Positions 1 through 8,964 of a stretch of 32,000 nucleotides of DNA are shown here, one piece after another; the stretch's first letter is position 1; each line of letters starts with the position of its first letter. The stretch covers positions 235,254 through 267,253 of the forward strand of contig LYOS01000003.1 in NCBI GenBank assembly GCA_001766815.1. Direction: 5' to 3'. This DNA is from Candidatus Syntropharchaeum caldarium. GTDB taxonomy: Archaea; Halobacteriota; Syntropharchaeia; Syntropharchaeales; Syntropharchaeaceae. Under the pieces are notes generated by a model. That model was given only the letters and a program-made list of their open reading frames with translations, searched no databases and was not told the origin of the DNA. The position numbers and the translations under genes are program-made.

Positions 1-186
1 CGCACCAGGCGGGATCATCACCATCACATCCACCCGTTCTCCACCCACACTCTTTACAAACTCAGCCTGGGGAGGAATGGTAACAAGCACGCCAATCTTT
101 TCATTTTTCATTCCATCTTCGTTCACACATCCCGAAAGAGAAGAGATGAGGAGAATTACAATCATCAACAAAACTCTCTGTCTCAC
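1..186 (-). CDS. Metal (Zn/Mn-type) ABC-transporter substrate-binding lipoprotein, N-terminal fragment; the gene runs off the window
   Basis: My reverse-strand translation from GTG (184-186) reads [62 protein letters not shown]. It has a basic n-region, a hydrophobic core and an LSGC lipobox. The pattern [13 protein letters not shown]...IPPGA resembles TroA/ZnuA-family N-termini. GAGGTGA lies 5 nt upstream. It is absent from the ORF track because no stop falls inside the window. Confidence 0.55.
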   Translation of the reverse strand, partial: MRQRVLLMIVILLISSLSGCVNEDGMKNEKIGVLVTIPPQAEFVKSVGGERVDVMVMIPPGA

Positions 187-331
187 AATATCACCTCGAT
201 AAAGTTACGATTATTTTTCACAGGTGTATTCTCGTCATCGTTTGCTTAAGTTTTTTTGCCTGATGGAAAGGTTTAAAATAGATCACTGCGAGTTAGTTCA
301 AGATATAAAACCAAACTTACAGGTGAAATAT

Positions 332-1021
332 TTGGCTAAGAGACAGCAAAAAGGCGTGGACAAGTGGAAGACAAAGATATGGTTCAACATCGTTGCACCC
401 GAGATGTTCGGACGAGCTGCGGCTGGGGAGACGCCTGCAAACTCCCAGAAGCAGTTGATAGGACGAAGGATCGAAATGACGCTTGGAGATCTTATGGGAG
501 ATCCATCCAAGCACCACATGAAGATGATCTTTGAGGTGAACGGAGTGAGCGGCGATACGGCAACCACAAAATTTATCGCACACACCATAACAAAGGACTA
601 TATGCGGAGTCTGGTCAAACGAAAAACCTCGAAAGTGGATGCAAACGCAGTCGTGGAGACAAAGGATGGTTACAGGTTACGTGTGAAAGCATCGGCATAC
701 ACACTCAAACGGGCAAGAAGGCGGCAGATAAAGGCAATACGGGCGATAATGCATGAGGAAGTTGTGCATCGTGCAAAGTCACTCACACTCAATGAATTCA
801 TTCGTGAGGCTGTGCTTGGCAAACTGGCTTCTGATATTTACAGGAAAGGAAAGCAGGTTTATCCGCTAAGGAGGGTTGAGATCTACAAGACACAGGTGCT
901 TGCAGAGCCACCAAAAAGTGAGGTAGAGGAGGAAGAGACGGTCGTTGAGGTCGAAAAACCAGCTGTCGTAGAAACCGAAATACCTGTTGAGAGTGTTGAT
1001 GTAGAGACCTCTGCCACATAA
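332..1021 (+). CDS. rps3ae: 30S ribosomal protein S3Ae (eS1) with an acidic C-terminal tail
   Basis: AKRQQKGVDKWKTKIWFNIVAPEMFG is the conserved eS1 N-terminus. I place the start at TTG 332 (AGGTGA at 321-326, 5-nt spacer) rather than the track start at 224. GTG 323 is an alternative. A TATA-like TTTAAAATA lies at 272-280. Confidence 0.9.
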   Translation: MAKRQQKGVDKWKTKIWFNIVAPEMFGRAAAGETPANSQKQLIGRRIEMTLGDLMGDPSKHHMKMIFEVNGVSGDTATTKFIAHTITKDYMRSLVKRKTSKVDANAVVETKDGYRLRVKASAYTLKRARRRQIKAIRAIMHEEVVHRAKSLTLNEFIREAVLGKLASDIYRKGKQVYPLRRVEIYKTQVLAEPPKSEVEEEETVVEVEKPAVVETEIPVESVDVETSAT

Positions 1022-1042
1022 TTTAAGTGAGTGTAATTTTAT

Positions 1043-2302
1043 ATGGAGATACGATTTCTTGGTGCGTGTGGTGAAGTAGGAAGATCCGCTTTTCTTATCA
1101 ACGATGAAATACTTCTCGATTACGGGATGAAACCATCCGATCCCCCGGAGTATCCACTCGATGGAATCAGACCCCGGAGTGTTATCATATCGCATGGGCA
1201 TCTTGATCACACCGGTATTCTCCCGAATCTGATGGATCTCAATCCTGAGATCTACATGACATCGATAACAAAGGAGATCGCATATCTTCTCGGTAAGGAC
1301 ACATTGAAGATAGAGGAACGAGAAGGTACCAGGTCATTTGAGGTTAACGATCTTCAGAAGATGTACACGAGGGCAAAGTCTATTGAATATGGAGAGGAAT
1401 TTGAGCTTAAGAACGGGAGTAGCGCGGTGTTCTTTGATGCAGGGCACATCCCAGGAAGCGCATCGGTTTATCTTTCTGAACCAGGTGCTCGTGGGGTCTC
1501 ACTCTTCTACACAGGTGATTTCAAGGATATTAACACACGCCTTCTCAATCGGAACGATGATGATTATCCATCTGCCGATATTCTGCTTGTTGAGAGCACA
1601 TACTATGGTGATAATCACCCTGACAGAGGTGAGCTTGAGAAGAAATTCATCGACTCGGTACGGGCAACGCTCGATGTGGGCGGGACTGCACTTATCCCAT
1701 GCTTTGCGATAGGCAGGACACAGGAGATTCTGATGCTCCTTCACAGATATGGAATTGATCCTGTTGTTGATGGGATGGGTGTTGAGGTTACACGACAGTT
1801 TCTATCGCTTCCAGAGTTTTTGAGGGATAGTAGATCGCTGGAAGAGGCGTTTGGGGCAGCAACCATCATCAAACGAGGTAGAGGCAGGAAAAAAGTCATA
1901 CAGGAGCCATCTGCCATTGTTACAACTGCAGGCATGTTGAATGGGGGACCTGCATTCTACTATCTGAAGAAGCTGCATGAAGATCCTGTTAGTAAGATCC
2001 TTTTAACAGGTTATCAGGTGAAGGGAACAAACGGCAGCACCCTGCTTGAGCATGGCTATCTTGATCTCGATGGTGTGATCATACGCCCAAAGATGGCAAT
2101 AGAACAGTATGACTTTTCTGCACACTCAGATGACCGGGGACTGAAAGATCATGTGAAGCGTATGTGTGATAAGGGAGTCGAGGTTGTTTTCACAGTACAT
2201 GGTGATAATACCGCAGGTTTTGCAGAGTGGATACGTGAGGAGATCGGTTGTGAAGCGATTGCACCTGAGCTTGGAGAGTCGATCGTGGTGGATGTAAAGT
2301 AA
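1043..2302 (+). CDS. Metallo-beta-lactamase / beta-CASP ribonuclease (aCPSF2-like, no KH domains)
   Basis: 419 aa. It carries the HGHLDHTG MBL motif near the N-terminus, and its size and layout match the short archaeal beta-CASP group. It starts 22 nt after rps3ae. Confidence 0.8.
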   Translation: MEIRFLGACGEVGRSAFLINDEILLDYGMKPSDPPEYPLDGIRPRSVIISHGHLDHTGILPNLMDLNPEIYMTSITKEIAYLLGKDTLKIEEREGTRSFEVNDLQKMYTRAKSIEYGEEFELKNGSSAVFFDAGHIPGSASVYLSEPGARGVSLFYTGDFKDINTRLLNRNDDDYPSADILLVESTYYGDNHPDRGELEKKFIDSVRATLDVGGTALIPCFAIGRTQEILMLLHRYGIDPVVDGMGVEVTRQFLSLPEFLRDSRSLEEAFGAATIIKRGRGRKKVIQEPSAIVTTAGMLNGGPAFYYLKKLHEDPVSKILLTGYQVKGTNGSTLLEHGYLDLDGVIIRPKMAIEQYDFSAHSDDRGLKDHVKRMCDKGVEVVFTVHGDNTAGFAEWIREEIGCEAIAPELGESIVVDVK

Positions 2303-2305
2303 AGC

Positions 2306-3358
2306 TCAGTTAAGCTTCTCAGGCAGATAGGTATCTGTCACAAAATCAAGTCCATATTTTGCAAGCGACTGTTGTTCTGATTTTTTACCAAGATCAAGCT
2401 GTAATTTGATCTCTTTCTGCCAGAAATCACCGGCAAAGCGGGGGTCTTTAAGTTCTGCCTTCAGTGCATCCTTGTCTCTCTCTGTCAGCTTATCGGTTGG
2501 GAGGTCATACTTTACGATATCACTCGGCATAATTCCAATAAAGCGCGCGTCAGGTGTTGCCATGAACCTTGAAAGGTGCGCACTCTTGATAGAGCCATAG
2601 GCAACCGATGCAAATATGCGATAACTCCATGGATCGCAGTCTGTGAATACCATTACAGGAAGGGAGAGTTCATGGTTGAGCCGTTTGAGGAGTCTCCGTG
2701 TGCTTCTGGCAGGTTGTCCCTTGAGGTGGATTATAATACAGTCAAATGCCTCATCAAATCCATTCTCAATTAAACGATCCCGCATACCACCTGTCTCAAC
2801 CGCCAGAACCAGTTTTGCATCATGTTCAAGAAATTCAACCTTATCAATATTGTTTGGTATCAGATACCCTGCATCACCAACGTCATCCTGGCAGTGGATA
2901 ACTTTATCGCCCTTCCTCGTCTCTTCTCTGACTGTGAGAGGGCCAAATACAGATGCTCCATCCTCTTCAGGTCGTATGTGAAAATGCTCACGCTGATTAC
3001 TCGATATGATCTCAAGATCCTCGATTAAAAAGTCGCTCTCTGACTGCACCCTGAACTTTGCTTCCCCCCAGTTCTCAGAGATATAGTAAAGCTCCCTGAG
3101 CGTTGACGATCGCCCCTCCTCAAGCTGTTGTTTCAGAAACTCGATGAGGCAGACGGTCTTGAGTATCTGATACGCACCCTTGACCGTTTTAGCACTTCTC
3201 ACACCCTCTTTCTCCCCATAAACCCATACGCGTGCTTTTTCATCATAGACGATGTTATCCCGCGTCCGCAGGGGCAGTTCAAAAGCTGGGATCTCACCTC
3301 TGCTTAGTTGATTGTAGAAGAGATCCGCGATTTTCAGTAAATCTTCATCGACACCCAT
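2306..3358 (-). CDS. top6A: DNA topoisomerase VI subunit A (Spo11 family)
   Basis: 350 aa. [11 protein letters not shown] marks the catalytic Tyr region. The Toprim elements are LAVETGG and [11 protein letters not shown]. It is convergent with the RNase gene across a 3-nt gap. No top6B is adjacent. Confidence 0.9.
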   Translation of the reverse strand: MGVDEDLLKIADLFYNQLSRGEIPAFELPLRTRDNIVYDEKARVWVYGEKEGVRSAKTVKGAYQILKTVCLIEFLKQQLEEGRSSTLRELYYISENWGEAKFRVQSESDFLIEDLEIISSNQREHFHIRPEEDGASVFGPLTVREETRKGDKVIHCQDDVGDAGYLIPNNIDKVEFLEHDAKLVLAVETGGMRDRLIENGFDEAFDCIIIHLKGQPARSTRRLLKRLNHELSLPVMVFTDCDPWSYRIFASVAYGSIKSAHLSRFMATPDARFIGIMPSDIVKYDLPTDKLTERDKDALKAELKDPRFAGDFWQKEIKLQLDLGKKSEQQSLAKYGLDFVTDTYLPEKLN

Positions 3359-3364
3359 AAGAAC

Positions 3365-4531
3365 TCAAACCTCGATGAGATCCCGTCTGCTACCGGTGAT
3401 CATGCGCACACCTGTATCGGTGATGAGGTACGTATCTTCAAGGTCAACCCCACTCCAGCCTGGTACAATCAGTTTTGGTTCAAGTGCGAGCATCATTCCT
3501 GCCTGCAGTGGCATCGAAACATCGGGTGCAATAAGTGGAATCTCGTCGATCTCAAGCCCGAGACCATGCCCAAGATACCTCACGCCATAGTGCCAGTATC
3601 CCATGAACCAGTCTGCACAGTCATACTCCTCCACCACCCTGAATGCAGCATCATACACATCATGCACTACATTCCCGGGTTTCATCACATCCATCGCCGC
3701 CCGATGGATCTCAACCAGGATCTCATACCGACTCCTCAGAAGCTCATCTGCCCTTCCAATAACATACATCCGCGCCTCATCACTGTGATAACCTCCATAC
3801 GTCCCGCCGATGTCTGCCATGACTGGATCGCCTTTTCTGATCTTTCTCGATGACGCGCCGTACGATGCCGCACGACTCATACCGACACCTGTAATCGTGG
3901 CACCAGGAAAGCCAGAGGGGATCGCAAGGTTCTCACCTGATGAGATCATACCATAATGGAGGAACCCATCCCACCGTCTAACATGAAACAGGCCCTCATG
4001 CCCCGCAGATCGCATCGCGTACTCGACCTTTGCTGAAAGCTCTATCTCACTGATCCCATCGACAAGTGCCTCACATAATGCCTCATGCCCAAGTTTTGAG
4101 ATCTTTGCAGCTTCCTCCACCATCCTGATTTCATACGGAGACTTTAACATCCTTGTGAGAAGTACTGCGGGTGTAACATCAAGAATTTCAACTTCTCTTT
4201 CTGTGTATTTCAGGATACGTTCGTAGATTGCGACAGGCAAAACATCCTTCTCGATCCCGATCTTTGCCCCTCTCTGAAGCAGTTCACAGACCTCTCTGAG
4301 ACCGCCATGGCGAGTATCGCTAATCCACGTCTCAGCCTTTCCTTTTTCGTAGTTCATCCTGAAGAAGATCACCGGCTCACCATTTTTTGGGATGACAAGT
4401 ATCGATGGCTGGATTGTTCCTGCAAAATAATAGATATCCCTCGATTGAGAGAGAACCGCAAAATCACAGTTAAGGTTTGATCTGAATCGCTCAATTCTTG
4501 TTGCGTATTCGCTATCTTCTGGATAGATCAT
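3365..4531 (-). CDS. M24-family Xaa-Pro aminopeptidase/dipeptidase
   Basis: 388 aa. It has a creatinase-like N-domain followed by the M24 pita-bread motifs (DIGGTYGGYHSD, HGLGLEIDE, LEDTYLIT). Confidence 0.8.
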   Translation of the reverse strand: MIYPEDSEYATRIERFRSNLNCDFAVLSQSRDIYYFAGTIQPSILVIPKNGEPVIFFRMNYEKGKAETWISDTRHGGLREVCELLQRGAKIGIEKDVLPVAIYERILKYTEREVEILDVTPAVLLTRMLKSPYEIRMVEEAAKISKLGHEALCEALVDGISEIELSAKVEYAMRSAGHEGLFHVRRWDGFLHYGMISSGENLAIPSGFPGATITGVGMSRAASYGASSRKIRKGDPVMADIGGTYGGYHSDEARMYVIGRADELLRSRYEILVEIHRAAMDVMKPGNVVHDVYDAAFRVVEEYDCADWFMGYWHYGVRYLGHGLGLEIDEIPLIAPDVSMPLQAGMMLALEPKLIVPGWSGVDLEDTYLITDTGVRMITGSRRDLIEV

Positions 4532-4607
4532 CGTGAATGGTTTCCATCTAAAGCTTTATTAAGCTATCGCAGGCAAATGAGATAAACATGAAGGGACTGG
4601 AGTCTTT

Positions 4608-5891
4608 CTACAGCAACCTGTCAGGTATCGTCTGTCCTGCGATCAGATCTCCTACCGCTTCTTCTTCTCGTATGAGCTCATCGTGCCCGCCTGATACAAG
4701 CACCTCGGCACATCTTGGTCGCTGGTTGTACTGCGAACTCATCGAGAAACCATAAGCTCCTGTATCAAGTATCGCGAGTAGATCTCCCTTTTCAATACGG
4801 GGTAAGTTCCGATCTTCACCAAGAATATCTCCGCTCTCACAGATTGGCCCAACGATCGTGTATGTCTCTGCAGGTGGTTGGTCCATCCTGTTTGCGACCA
4901 GAATCCTGTGGTATGCGTTATATATCATGGGTCTTGCAAGGAGATTGAAACCAGCATCTGTACCAACAAATGTCTTGTGGGCTCTTTTCACCGTGTTCAC
5001 GCGGCAGAGGAGCACACCCGAATCTGCAACGATGTACCTCCCTGGCTCAAGTATGAGTCTTGGCGATATACCAGTTTTCGCAGATTTATCCTTGAATATC
5101 GGTAAAATCACGTCTGCAAGATCCTCTGGTGTTGGTGCTGGATCGTCCTCATGGTATGGAATTCCCAGCCCGCCACCAATATCAAGAAACTCAAGTTCAA
5201 GATCATACTCATCTCTGATCAGCTCAACAAGATCCATCATTTTAACCATCGCCTCCCCAAATACATCAAGCTTAAGGATCTGTGAGCCTATGTGGCAGTG
5301 AATACCTTTTATATCGATATTATCAAGCTCCTTTGCCATGCCATAAACCTTCAGGACATCATCATGTGGTATCCCAAACTTGCTTGTCCTGATGCCCGTC
5401 GAGATCTTGGGGTGCGTCTCAGGCGAGATGTCTGGATTCACCCTGAAGGCGAGAGAAGCACGCGCATCAAGTTCTGCTGCAAGCTTTGAGAGTGAATTAA
5501 GCTCATCGATTGAGTCAACAGAGACCGTGACTCCAGAACTTATGGCAAACTTCAGTTCACGATCTGTCTTTGAGTTTCCATTGAAGAGTATCTTCTCACG
5601 GTTGATGCCTGTTAAAAGCGCCATGTATAACTCTCCTGCAGAGAAGACGTCGACCCCTGCCCCCTCGCTTCCAAGAATCTTGAGGATCGCCAGGTTCCCG
5701 TTTGCTTTCATCGCATAATATATATCGGATTTGACTCCAGAAAATGCACTCCTGAACTCTCGGAATCGTTCTCTGATTGTATCCTCACATATTATGTATA
5801 GAGGTGATCCGTACTTCCTGGCGAGTTCTACCGTATCAAGACCGTTAATTATAAGATGCCCATTGTTGACACTGAAATTTGAGCTTTTCAT
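4608..5891 (-). CDS. lysA: Diaminopimelate decarboxylase
   Basis: 427 aa. The motifs are YAMKAN (PLP lysine), DIGGGLGIPY and GPICESGD, typical of the group IV decarboxylase fold. Confidence 0.9.
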   Translation of the reverse strand: MKSSNFSVNNGHLIINGLDTVELARKYGSPLYIICEDTIRERFREFRSAFSGVKSDIYYAMKANGNLAILKILGSEGAGVDVFSAGELYMALLTGINREKILFNGNSKTDRELKFAISSGVTVSVDSIDELNSLSKLAAELDARASLAFRVNPDISPETHPKISTGIRTSKFGIPHDDVLKVYGMAKELDNIDIKGIHCHIGSQILKLDVFGEAMVKMMDLVELIRDEYDLELEFLDIGGGLGIPYHEDDPAPTPEDLADVILPIFKDKSAKTGISPRLILEPGRYIVADSGVLLCRVNTVKRAHKTFVGTDAGFNLLARPMIYNAYHRILVANRMDQPPAETYTIVGPICESGDILGEDRNLPRIEKGDLLAILDTGAYGFSMSSQYNQRPRCAEVLVSGGHDELIREEEAVGDLIAGQTIPDRLL

Positions 5892-5999
5892 ACATTATAG
5901 TCAGAGAAAGGTGATATAAATTTTTAGCCATAATTTTACCCCCTCTCCAATCGCCAATTTTATATGCATTCAAACCCTAAAAATAGACACGGGGGATAA

Positions 6000-6695
6000 A
6001 TGGGCAGGATATTTCAGTTTGAACTTGAGCGAGATGAACTCAATCAGCGATTGGGTGGGGGTTTTCCAGAAGGATCGATCGTCCTGATCGAGGGTGAGAA
6101 CGGCTCTGGAAAGAGCACAATCGCAGAACGGCTTGCATTTGGATTTTTATCCAATGGATACACAGTCACGTTCGTATCCACTCAGCTTACAACAAAGGGT
6201 TTCATAAACCAGATGTACTCACTCGACTACCCGATCGGACTTCACCTTCTTAAGGATGAATTGCTCTTCATTCCTGTTGTACCGCTCATTAAAAGTGCAA
6301 AATCAAGGTATGACTTCATAGAGCGGTTGATAAATGCAGAGAAGCTCTATGAGAAGGACATAATAATAATCGATAAGATCTCAGAGCTTGTTAAATACAG
6401 CATCGATCCTGAGAAGAGCATCGAGCTTGTATCCTTTCTCAAGAAAATTGCAAGTCTGGGGAAGATAGTTATCATTACAATCGATCCTGTTGATCTTGAC
6501 CCTGATGCGGTCTCACTCCTGAGATCATCGGCTGATATATATATGAGTCTTAAGAGTCGGACCGTGGCAGGCGAGGTCAAGCGTTCAATCAACGTGAACA
6601 AATTTACAGGCGCAACAGGTTTTGTGGGAGGGATCATCGGATTCAGGATTGAACCAAAGGCGGGTCTTGTCATCGAGATTGCATCGGTGGCGTGA
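6000..6695 (+). CDS. arlH: ArlH/FlaH-type KaiC-like (RecA-superfamily) ATPase, orphan; no other archaellum genes are nearby
   Basis: 231 aa. ELNQRLGGGFPEGSIVLIEGENGSGKSTIAERLAFGFLSNGYTVTFVSTQLTTKGFINQMYSLDY matches the FlaH N-terminal and Walker A region as I remember it. GGGGGA lies upstream of the ATG. It is divergent from lysA. Confidence 0.8.
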   Translation: MGRIFQFELERDELNQRLGGGFPEGSIVLIEGENGSGKSTIAERLAFGFLSNGYTVTFVSTQLTTKGFINQMYSLDYPIGLHLLKDELLFIPVVPLIKSAKSRYDFIERLINAEKLYEKDIIIIDKISELVKYSIDPEKSIELVSFLKKIASLGKIVIITIDPVDLDPDAVSLLRSSADIYMSLKSRTVAGEVKRSINVNKFTGATGFVGGIIGFRIEPKAGLVIEIASVA

Positions 6696-6826
6696 TTCAT
6701 CTATGAATAAGCGAAAGTAAGTTTGAGATACATGGTTTAATAAATTTATGAGAAGTGATTCCGAGATAGGAGAGCCCATCTGGCATACTGCAAGATTTAT
6801 TAGCCTCCGCGAAGAATAAATAAGTA

Positions 6827-7714
6827 ATGGGCGATACAAAACTTCTCAAACTCATGCTACTTGCAATGGGGCTTGTGGGTGTTGTCCTTATTGTGATGCC
6901 CCAGACGGTCTCGTTATTTGCAGGAGAGCATTCGTGGTACGATCTTTCAGGAGGGGCAAATGATCTACCATGTGAGAAGTGCCATGGGGATATCGCAGAT
7001 GAGATGAACGCACCCGTTTTGGTTCACAGTGGTGAGACCGGATATGGAAGGATGGAGTGTGGATACTGCCACAGAACTTTTAAGGTCGAGCAAGGTGACA
7101 CAGATTCCACAGATTCCAGAGATTATTACCCGGATATCAATTTGAGCCTGGAAACGCAGTATTTATATACTTATGCATCCGGGGACGGCACAGGAGCAGA
7201 GCCTGGCAAAGAAGCGCATGCAGCCTCAACTGTCCCATGTATGTACTGCCATAGTGGACACTCAAATTTCTCACATGGAACAGGTTTCACTGCTAAGTAC
7301 TGCAGCTGTCATGGACCTGACGATGGTGGCGATTCGTATTACTATCATGGAGACAGATTCTATACAGGCAAATCTAACGATGATCCAGGGGATTGCATCA
7401 AATGCCATAGTACAGGACCAACCATATCCATACCACCAGCAGGTGGCTTCAATTTGACAACCAATCCAGCTGATACAGGGAGCAATGCAGCCCACAAGAA
7501 GTTTGTCTTTGATGCCATCGGTACCTCCTTCATGGAAGATGCGAACGAAGCCTGCATTGGATGCCATACAGAAAACCAGGTTCGAATAGAGTTTAATATA
7601 TCAACTGGAGCTATATTTGCCGTGAATAACTCATACACTCAGACCTCCTCGTACTGGAGCGTGGGTGATATCACCCCTACAAACTACACAACGTACGTGG
7701 AGGTGAAGAACTGA
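6827..7714 (+). CDS. Membrane-anchored multihaem c-type cytochrome (5 CxxCH plus one CSCH)
   Basis: 295 aa. An N-terminal hydrophobic helix (LLKLMLLAMGLVGVVLIVM) anchors it. The haem motifs are CEKCH, CGYCH, CMYCH, CIKCH and CIGCH. It has 6 N-x-S/T sequons. The start ATG has no obvious SD sequence. Confidence 0.85.
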   Translation: MGDTKLLKLMLLAMGLVGVVLIVMPQTVSLFAGEHSWYDLSGGANDLPCEKCHGDIADEMNAPVLVHSGETGYGRMECGYCHRTFKVEQGDTDSTDSRDYYPDINLSLETQYLYTYASGDGTGAEPGKEAHAASTVPCMYCHSGHSNFSHGTGFTAKYCSCHGPDDGGDSYYYHGDRFYTGKSNDDPGDCIKCHSTGPTISIPPAGGFNLTTNPADTGSNAAHKKFVFDAIGTSFMEDANEACIGCHTENQVRIEFNISTGAIFAVNNSYTQTSSYWSVGDITPTNYTTYVEVKN

Positions 7715-8949
7715 TGAAAAGGGAAATTTTGCTCATCATATTTCTAATAGCGGTTACATCGATTATTCTCTACACATCCACAGAGACTGTCTCACTCTTT
7801 GCAGGTCAGCACACCTTTACCGCTATATCTGATTCAGGAAACCAGATCGAATGCACCGCATGCCATTCAAGAATGAATAGTGAGCTTTCAAACTCAAGTA
7901 TCCATGATGACTTAAGCTGTGAAGCCTGTCACAGATATAGCGGTACAGGAATCACGTTTGCGTCAGGGGATACCGCAGGATCAACCCAGGGGAGCGAGTC
8001 GCACGCGGCATACACACCCCATTGTCTGGACTGTCATGGAGGAAGCGGGACATGGATTGAGAACACAACAGGCAGTCTTGTATTTGCACCTCCAGCTAAA
8101 GCCTTCAACGAATCGGGGTATGGGAGTGATTATTCGGCGCATAAGCGGTTTGTGAATGATGCGAACGCATCAGATGTGAGCCCCGGTGAGAATGAGGCAT
8201 GTCTTGCATGTCATACGGATTATACAGTCAGTCTGAGCTACAGCTACTTCTGGAATATCGACTATACTCTTTCATCATGGAGCTTCACGAGCTTTTCATA
8301 CAATGGTACAAGGAATTACAATATTAAGTGGAGCAAATCCGGGGCAAAGCATGAGTTTGTCAGCCTTAACAGTATAGACTGTACAGAATGCCATAAAAAC
8401 ATCTATGATGCGCTTGTCAATGGTACAGATGGGGGTTCAAACGAGGATTACCTGACGCACGCACCGGTAGAGATCGACTCGGATAAGTGGGATACAGACA
8501 ACCCATGGGGGCATTACAGATACCATTACATCCCGGCTTCAAACAGAGCTACATGGGTCAACAGCACATACTGCCTGAAGTGTCACAACGTGACTGAATA
8601 CGCGTCTGAGCATCCATCGGATAATACGACCTACAGCTTGGCTGATGTGAGCATGGACACAAACTCAACCTCAGTCCACTGTGCTGAGGCTTTAACATGT
8701 GCAACATGCCATGGCAGCGGGAAGACGAAGGCGGTTATAGATAATCCAGAGAGAAGTGGAACAGGACACAGCGGATCAAGCTTTGTCGATAACATCGCCT
8801 CAAATTATGCAAGAACCTTCAATGGAGATATATGCATGGGGTGTCATGAGGCTGCTATCCATGGTAAGAGCTGTAGCAGATGTCACTCAAGTGGATATGC
8901 TAATGTCTCCATAGAATCAGAGCCTTCTGGATATTGTACGAATAATTGA
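7714..8949 (+). CDS. Membrane-anchored multihaem c-type cytochrome (9 CxxCH)
   Basis: 411 aa. The N-terminal helix is ILLIIFLIAVTSIILY. The haem motifs are CTACH, CEACH, CLDCH, CLACH, CTECH, CLKCH, CATCH, CMGCH and CSRCH. It has 11 N-x-S/T sequons. Its start overlaps the upstream stop by 1 nt (TGATG). Confidence 0.85.
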   Translation: MKREILLIIFLIAVTSIILYTSTETVSLFAGQHTFTAISDSGNQIECTACHSRMNSELSNSSIHDDLSCEACHRYSGTGITFASGDTAGSTQGSESHAAYTPHCLDCHGGSGTWIENTTGSLVFAPPAKAFNESGYGSDYSAHKRFVNDANASDVSPGENEACLACHTDYTVSLSYSYFWNIDYTLSSWSFTSFSYNGTRNYNIKWSKSGAKHEFVSLNSIDCTECHKNIYDALVNGTDGGSNEDYLTHAPVEIDSDKWDTDNPWGHYRYHYIPASNRATWVNSTYCLKCHNVTEYASEHPSDNTTYSLADVSMDTNSTSVHCAEALTCATCHGSGKTKAVIDNPERSGTGHSGSSFVDNIASNYARTFNGDICMGCHEAAIHGKSCSRCHSSGYANVSIESEPSGYCTNN

Positions 8950-8964
8950 GGAGAAAGATCCCTT

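Noticed and set aside
224-331. 5' extensions proposed by the ORF track. Examples are S3Ae from 224, the LarE-like gene from 15551, the wHTH gene from 16418, the FrhB-family gene from 16695, the nitroreductase from 20045 and the secreted protein from 10549.
   Set aside because: In each case the conserved protein N-terminus starts later and is preceded by an SD-like element or TATA box. The extensions overlap promoters or neighbouring genes.
7100-7124. A 9-bp tandem repeat (ACAGATTCC x2 plus a partial third copy) encoding TDSTDSRD in the first cytochrome.
   Set aside because: It has only ~2.7 copies and lies inside a coding linker. It is most simply a slippage-derived low-complexity loop, not a regulatory or CRISPR-like repeat.
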